From the NCBI GenBank assembly GCA_965248695.1, contig CBDFKD010000002.1, forward strand, positions 1,152,001 through 1,216,000: a stretch of DNA of 64,000 nucleotides, given 5' to 3'. Position 1 is the first letter of the stretch. Each line of letters opens with the position of its first letter. The DNA is from Acidobacteriota bacterium (GTDB lineage Bacteria; Acidobacteriota; UBA890; WLXD01). The notes under the pieces are model-generated. The model worked only from the letters and a program-made list of their open reading frames with translations. It made no database searches and was not told the origin of the DNA. Shown here piece by piece: positions 59,812-64,000 of the stretch. Position numbers and translations under genes: made by a program.

Positions 59812-61215
59812 GAGATATAACCGGAAGTTGTGGATGGGAGGAAAAAGAAAGGCGGCGTAACCTTCGCTGGGATCATCAACAACCAGCAGCCGGCTGTGGA
59901 GGCCGGGAAGGAGACGCCACTCGTGCTCAAGATTATCGGTGGATCGGACGCGGAGGAAGGACAGCTGACACTGGACGTCGATGAGCTCGCCCGGCAGGGC
60001 GCGCTGCAGATGCTGGCAACAGCACTGGAGTGGGAGGTTCAGGAGTATATCCAGAGCCACGCCGGGCAACTGGATGAAGCCGGCCGTCGGCAAGTGGTAC
60101 GCAACGGTCGGGCTCGCGCACGCAAGATCACGTTGGGGTGCGGGACGGTGCAAGTAGCCGCGCCACGGGTCAACGACAAGCGGCTCGACGAGCAGGGACT
60201 GAGGCAGCGGTTCAGCAGTCGGATCCTGCCGCCCTACATGCGGCGCTCGCCGAAGGTGGCGGAGGTGCTGCCGGTGCTGTACCTGCGGGGCCTGTCGACG
60301 GGCGACTTCAAGGAGGCGCTGCCGATCTTACTGGGACAGGAAGCCAGCGGGCTGTCGGCATCGGCGATCTGCCGGCTGACGAACGCCTGGAGCACGGAGT
60401 ACGAGGCATTCCGGAAGCTGGATCTGTCCACCAAGCAGTACGTATACGTGTGGGCGGACGGTGTGCACTTCAACATTCGACTCGAGGATGATCGGCTGTG
60501 CACGCTGGTGATCCTGGGCGTTTTGCCGGACGGAACCAAGGAGCTCATCGCGGTCGAGGACGGGTATCGAGAGAGCACCGAGAGCTGGGCGTTCGTGCTC
60601 CGGGAGCTGAAGCGTCGAGGCATGCGGGCGCCGCTCGTGGCAGTGGGTGATGGGGCGCTGGGGTTCTGGGCGGCGGTGCGGGATGTATGGCCCCAGACTC
60701 GAGAGCAACGATGCTGGGTGCATCGGCTTGGCAACGTGCTCGACAAGCTACCGAGGCGGCTGCAGGCCAAAGCCAAGCGCGCGCTGCACGAGATCATCGG
60801 TGCGCCAACGCGCGAGGATGCTCAGGAGGGCATGGCGCGGTTCGCAGCCGACTACGGCGCCAAGTACTCCAAGGCCGTGGCGTCGTTGCAACGCGACTCC
60901 GACAAGCTGCTGACGTTCTACGACTTCCCCGCCGACCACTGGGTTCATCTGCGCACGGCCAACCCGATCGAGTCGGCGTTCGCCACCGTACGCCTGAGAC
61001 AACGCGTCACCAAGGGCGCCGGCTCACGCACCAAGGCGCTGACGATGGCATTCAAGCTCCTGGAGATGGCACAGCAACGATGGCGCCGCATCAACGCTCC
61101 TCACCTCACTGCCCTCGTACTCGAGGGCGCCACATTCGTCGATGGAGTTCACCTGATCGCTAGCGAAGACGCCGCCTGAACAAATCCACCGATCCACAAC
61201 ATTTGCAAATAACTC
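59812..61215 (+). mobile_element. IS256-family insertion sequence
   Basis: Imperfect terminal IRs (GAG.TAT......A.GTTGTGGAT); 9-bp TSD GCCATGGAG at 59803-59811 and 61216-61224. Confidence 0.92.
59923..61179 (+). CDS. IS256-family transposase
   Basis: RNG, WADG, GDGALGFW, QRCWVH and N.IESAF motifs; GTG start after AAGGAG. Confidence 0.93.
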   Translation: MLKIIGGSDAEEGQLTLDVDELARQGALQMLATALEWEVQEYIQSHAGQLDEAGRRQVVRNGRARARKITLGCGTVQVAAPRVNDKRLDEQGLRQRFSSRILPPYMRRSPKVAEVLPVLYLRGLSTGDFKEALPILLGQEASGLSASAICRLTNAWSTEYEAFRKLDLSTKQYVYVWADGVHFNIRLEDDRLCTLVILGVLPDGTKELIAVEDGYRESTESWAFVLRELKRRGMRAPLVAVGDGALGFWAAVRDVWPQTREQRCWVHRLGNVLDKLPRRLQAKAKRALHEIIGAPTREDAQEGMARFAADYGAKYSKAVASLQRDSDKLLTFYDFPADHWVHLRTANPIESAFATVRLRQRVTKGAGSRTKALTMAFKLLEMAQQRWRRINAPHLTALVLEGATFVDGVHLIASEDAA

Positions 61216-61438
61216 GCCATGGAGCGCGTTCGAAGCTACGACCTCGAGAGCGGCAAGGTCGTCTGGGAGAGCGACGGTCTGACGATGAACGCCATCCCGT
61301 CCCCGGTCTACGACAACGGTCTCGTGTTCCTCATGAGTGGCTTCAGGGGCAACGACCTCATGACCTGCCCCCCAATAATCGGGCCAGTCTGAGAGTTTAG
61401 GATTTGAGGCTCTCAGGATGGCGCGGGAAGGGGGAAGA

Positions 61439-61717
61439 ATGGCGCGGAAGCGGTACACTGTAGAGCAGATCATCGCCAAGCTCAGGGAGGCAGAGATCGA
61501 GCTAGCGAAAGGGGCCAAGACACCGGAGGCATGCCGCAAGCTGGGAATCAGCGAGAACACGTACTACCGGTGGCGTAAGGAGTACGGCGGCCTGAGGGTG
61601 GATCAGGCGAGGCGACTCAAGGAGCTGGAGCGCGAGAACGGCCGGCTCAAGAAGCTGCTGGCGGAGACGATGCTCGACAACGCCATCCTCAAAGAGGTGT
61701 CGTCGGGAAACTTCTGA
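61439..61717 (+). CDS. IS3 OrfA (outer element)
   Basis: EQIIAKLREAE, TYYRWRKEYGG and LERENGRLKKL motifs. Confidence 0.9.
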   Translation: MARKRYTVEQIIAKLREAEIELAKGAKTPEACRKLGISENTYYRWRKEYGGLRVDQARRLKELERENGRLKKLLAETMLDNAILKEVSSGNF

Positions 61718-62031
61718 GCCCGACACGTCGACGTCGGGCGGTGCAGAAGGCGCAGCAATCGCTGGGTGTGTCTGAGAGGCGAGCCTGCAGAGTGCTGGGC
61801 CAGGTGCGCTCGACGCAGCAGTATCGAGCCAAGGTGCCGCAACAGGAGACGGCGCTGGTGGAGCGGATGACCCAGTTGGCGATGCAGTACGGGCGCTACG
61901 GATACCGGCGGATCACGGCTCTGATGGTGCGGGAAGGGTGGCGAGTGAATCACAAGAGGATCGAGCGGTTATGGCGTCGTGAGAGGCTGAAGGTACCGAG
62001 AAAGCAGCCCAAGCGCCGACGCTTGTGGCTC

Positions 62032-63291
62032 TGACCTGACCCCCGAAAACGGATCCGGATGTAATCTCACGATCTGGGTCAAGAACGGGAGGTCAGAATG
62101 CCGAGTAAGAGGCACAGCGCCGAGCAGATCGTACGCAAGCTCCGGGAGGCTGAGGTGGAGCTGGCTCGAGGGGCGACGGTCAAGGATGCCTGCCGCAAGC
62201 TAGCAATCACCGAGCACACCTACTACCGGTGGCGGCGAGAGTACGGCGGACTGAAGCTCAACCAGGCCAGAAAGCTCAAGCAACTGGAGAAGGAGAATGC
62301 CCGGCTCAAGAGGCTGGTGGCGGAAAAGGAACTCGACCTGTCGATCCTGAAGGAAGTGGCGGAGGGAAACTTCTGAGCCCAGCTCGGCGGCGAGAGGCGG
62401 TGGCACATGTACGGGGGCGGCTGGGCGTCTCGGAGAGGCGGGCGTGTCGGGTACTGAAACAACCACGCACGACACACCGGTACGTGCCAAGAGAGCCGCA
62501 ACAGGAGCAGATTTTGACGGAGCGGATCGTGGATTTAGCCCGACAGTACGGGCGCTACGGATATCGGAGGGTGACAGCGTTGCTGCGCATGGAGGGCTGG
62601 TCCGTGAACCACAAACGAGTGCAGCGTATCTGGCGGCGCGAAGGGCTGAAAGTACCGAGAAAACAGCCCAAACGAGCACGGCTGTGGCTGAGCGATGGCT
62701 CCTGCATCCGGCTGCGCCCACAGCACCGGGATCATGTCTGGGCGTATGACTTCCTGCACCACCGGACGCACGACGGTCGGGCTATGAGGCTGCTGACGAT
62801 CGTCGATGAGTACACACGAGAAAGCCTGGCGATCCATGTAGCACGGAAGCTCAACTCTGAGGACGTGCTGGAGCAGCTCGGGAGGTTGTTCGTACACCGG
62901 GGCATACCTGAGCACATCCGGTCGGATAACGGACCAGAGTTCACCGCCGAGGCGGTTCGCGACTGGCTGGGCCGGTTGGGCGTGGGGACGCTGTTCATCG
63001 AGCCGGGCTCGCCGTGGGAGAACGGTTACGTGGAGAGCTTCAACGGCAAGCTACGCGACGAGCTGCTGGATGGAGAGATCTTCTACACGCTCAAGGAGGC
63101 AAAGGTTCTGATCGAGAGATGGCGTCAGCACTACAACCGCATGCGACCGCACAGCTCGCTGAGCTATCGGCCGCCCGCACCCGAAGCGACGTTGTTGAAG
63201 CCGGCTGCGCTCCGCTTCGCCGGCCTCAACAACCTCTTGTCAGCACCGAGTTACTGAGATAAGACATGGTACTAACCGCGGGGTCAGGTCA
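62032..63291 (+). mobile_element. IS3-family element (inner, apparently intact)
   Basis: IRL TGACCTGACCCC and IRR GGGGTCAGGTCA; orfA and orfB with a GGGAAAC -1 frameshift motif. Confidence 0.92.
62098..63257 (+). CDS. IS3 transposase OrfAB (programmed -1 frameshift near 62370)
   Basis: orfA 62098-62376; orfB carries the DDE motifs WAYDF, SDNGPEF and ESFNG. Confidence 0.9.
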
Positions 63292-63301
63292 CTGGTGGCG
63301 C

Positions 63302-63868
63302 AATGATGGATCGTGCGTGCGGCTGCGGCCGGAGAGGAAAGATCACGTCTGGGCCTATGACTTCGTGCACGAACGAACTCACGACGGGCGAGCGTTTCGT
63401 CTACTGACGATCGTGGATGAGTACACGAGAGAGTGCTTGGCAATCGATGTAGCACGCAGGCTCAACTCCGAGAACGTGCTGGAGCGACTCGCTGAGCTGT
63501 TCGTGAACCGGGGTGTTGCCGATCACATCCGCTCCGACAACGGACCGGAGTTCACTTCTCGGGCAGTGCGTGAATGGCTCGAGCGAATCGGTGTGAAGAC
63601 GCTGTTCATTGAGCCCGGATCGCCATGGGAAAACGGCTATGTGGAGAGCTTCAACGGCAAGCTCCGAGACGAGCTGCTGAACGGCGAGATCTTCTACACG
63701 CTCAAGGAGGCGCAGTGCTTGGTGCACCGCTGGCGCCGCCAGTACAACCAGGTGCGGCCCCATAGCTCGTTGGGCTATCGACCGCCTGCACCCGAAGCGA
63801 CGTTGTTGCAGCCGGCTACGCTCCGCTTCGCCAGCTCCAACAATCTCTTGCCAGTACCGATTCTATGA
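63302..63868 (+). pseudogene. 3' half of the outer IS3 orfB
   Basis: NDGSC..WAYDF..SDNGPEF..ESFNG continues the RRRLWL that ends at 62031. Confidence 0.85.
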
Positions 63869-63918
63869 GTTACGAAGTGGCCCAAACACTTGGGGCAGGT
63901 CATGGTGGCTTAGCGGCC

Positions 63919-64000
63919 TCACGGTCTGAGCCCCACGCCTTTGAGCCTGGCGATGAATTGCTCCTGCGTGCCCGCGCCCTTCATGGAGTTGCAGGCGCCG
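63919..64000 (-). CDS. C-terminus of an HNH-endonuclease-domain protein (partial)
   Basis: GACNSMKGAGTQEQFIARLKGVGLRP*, matching the CN..KG end of an HNH motif. Confidence 0.55.
   Translation of the reverse strand, partial: GACNSMKGAGTQEQFIARLKGVGLRP

Larger units (their letters stand above)
59755..61360 (+). pseudogene. PQQ-like beta-propeller gene fragment disrupted by IS256 and IS3
   Basis: With the IS removed it reads MIRLATAMVGVQVIVPAME|RVRSYDLESGKVVWESDGLTMNAIPSPVYDNGLVFLMSGFRGNDL. Confidence 0.7.
61361..63902 (+). mobile_element. IS3-family element (outer), interrupted by a second IS3
   Basis: IRL TGACCTGCCCC and IRR GGGGCAGGTCA; orfA 61439-61717; orfB split at 62031/63302; GGGAAAC slippery site. 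Confidence 0.9.

Overview
GC-rich bacterial chromosomal window. A duplicated orphan permease (ADOP) paired with PadR regulators, PQQ-like propellers and TPR proteins suggests Acidobacteriota (inference). The window holds about 55 genes, mostly envelope, transport and metabolism. Main contents: tRNA-Arg(ACG) directly upstream of its editing enzyme tadA; an octaheme cytochrome-HEAT-TPR gene with PpiC-like and HupE/UreJ neighbours; a phosphate porin, tandem TPR paralogs and ppk2; divergent PadR modules; a VapC/RHH toxin-antitoxin pair; and a choline/lipid cluster (PAP2, pcs, CHT1-like choline symporter, DAG-kinase-like). It also has ggt, mpg, a DUF1592/DUF1552/COG4315 secreted operon followed by iorAB-type molybdoenzyme genes, and an IS pile-up at the right end (IS256 with a 9-bp TSD, and an IS3 nested in another IS3). 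Several genes are decayed. The most unusual element is an unannotated ~250-nt highly structured intergenic RNA (42865-43117). It carries a 12-nt perfect complement of the 16S 3' end, a 14-codon ORF, a switchable anti-SD and a strong terminal hairpin. All family calls come from motif recognition; no database searches or folding programs were run.
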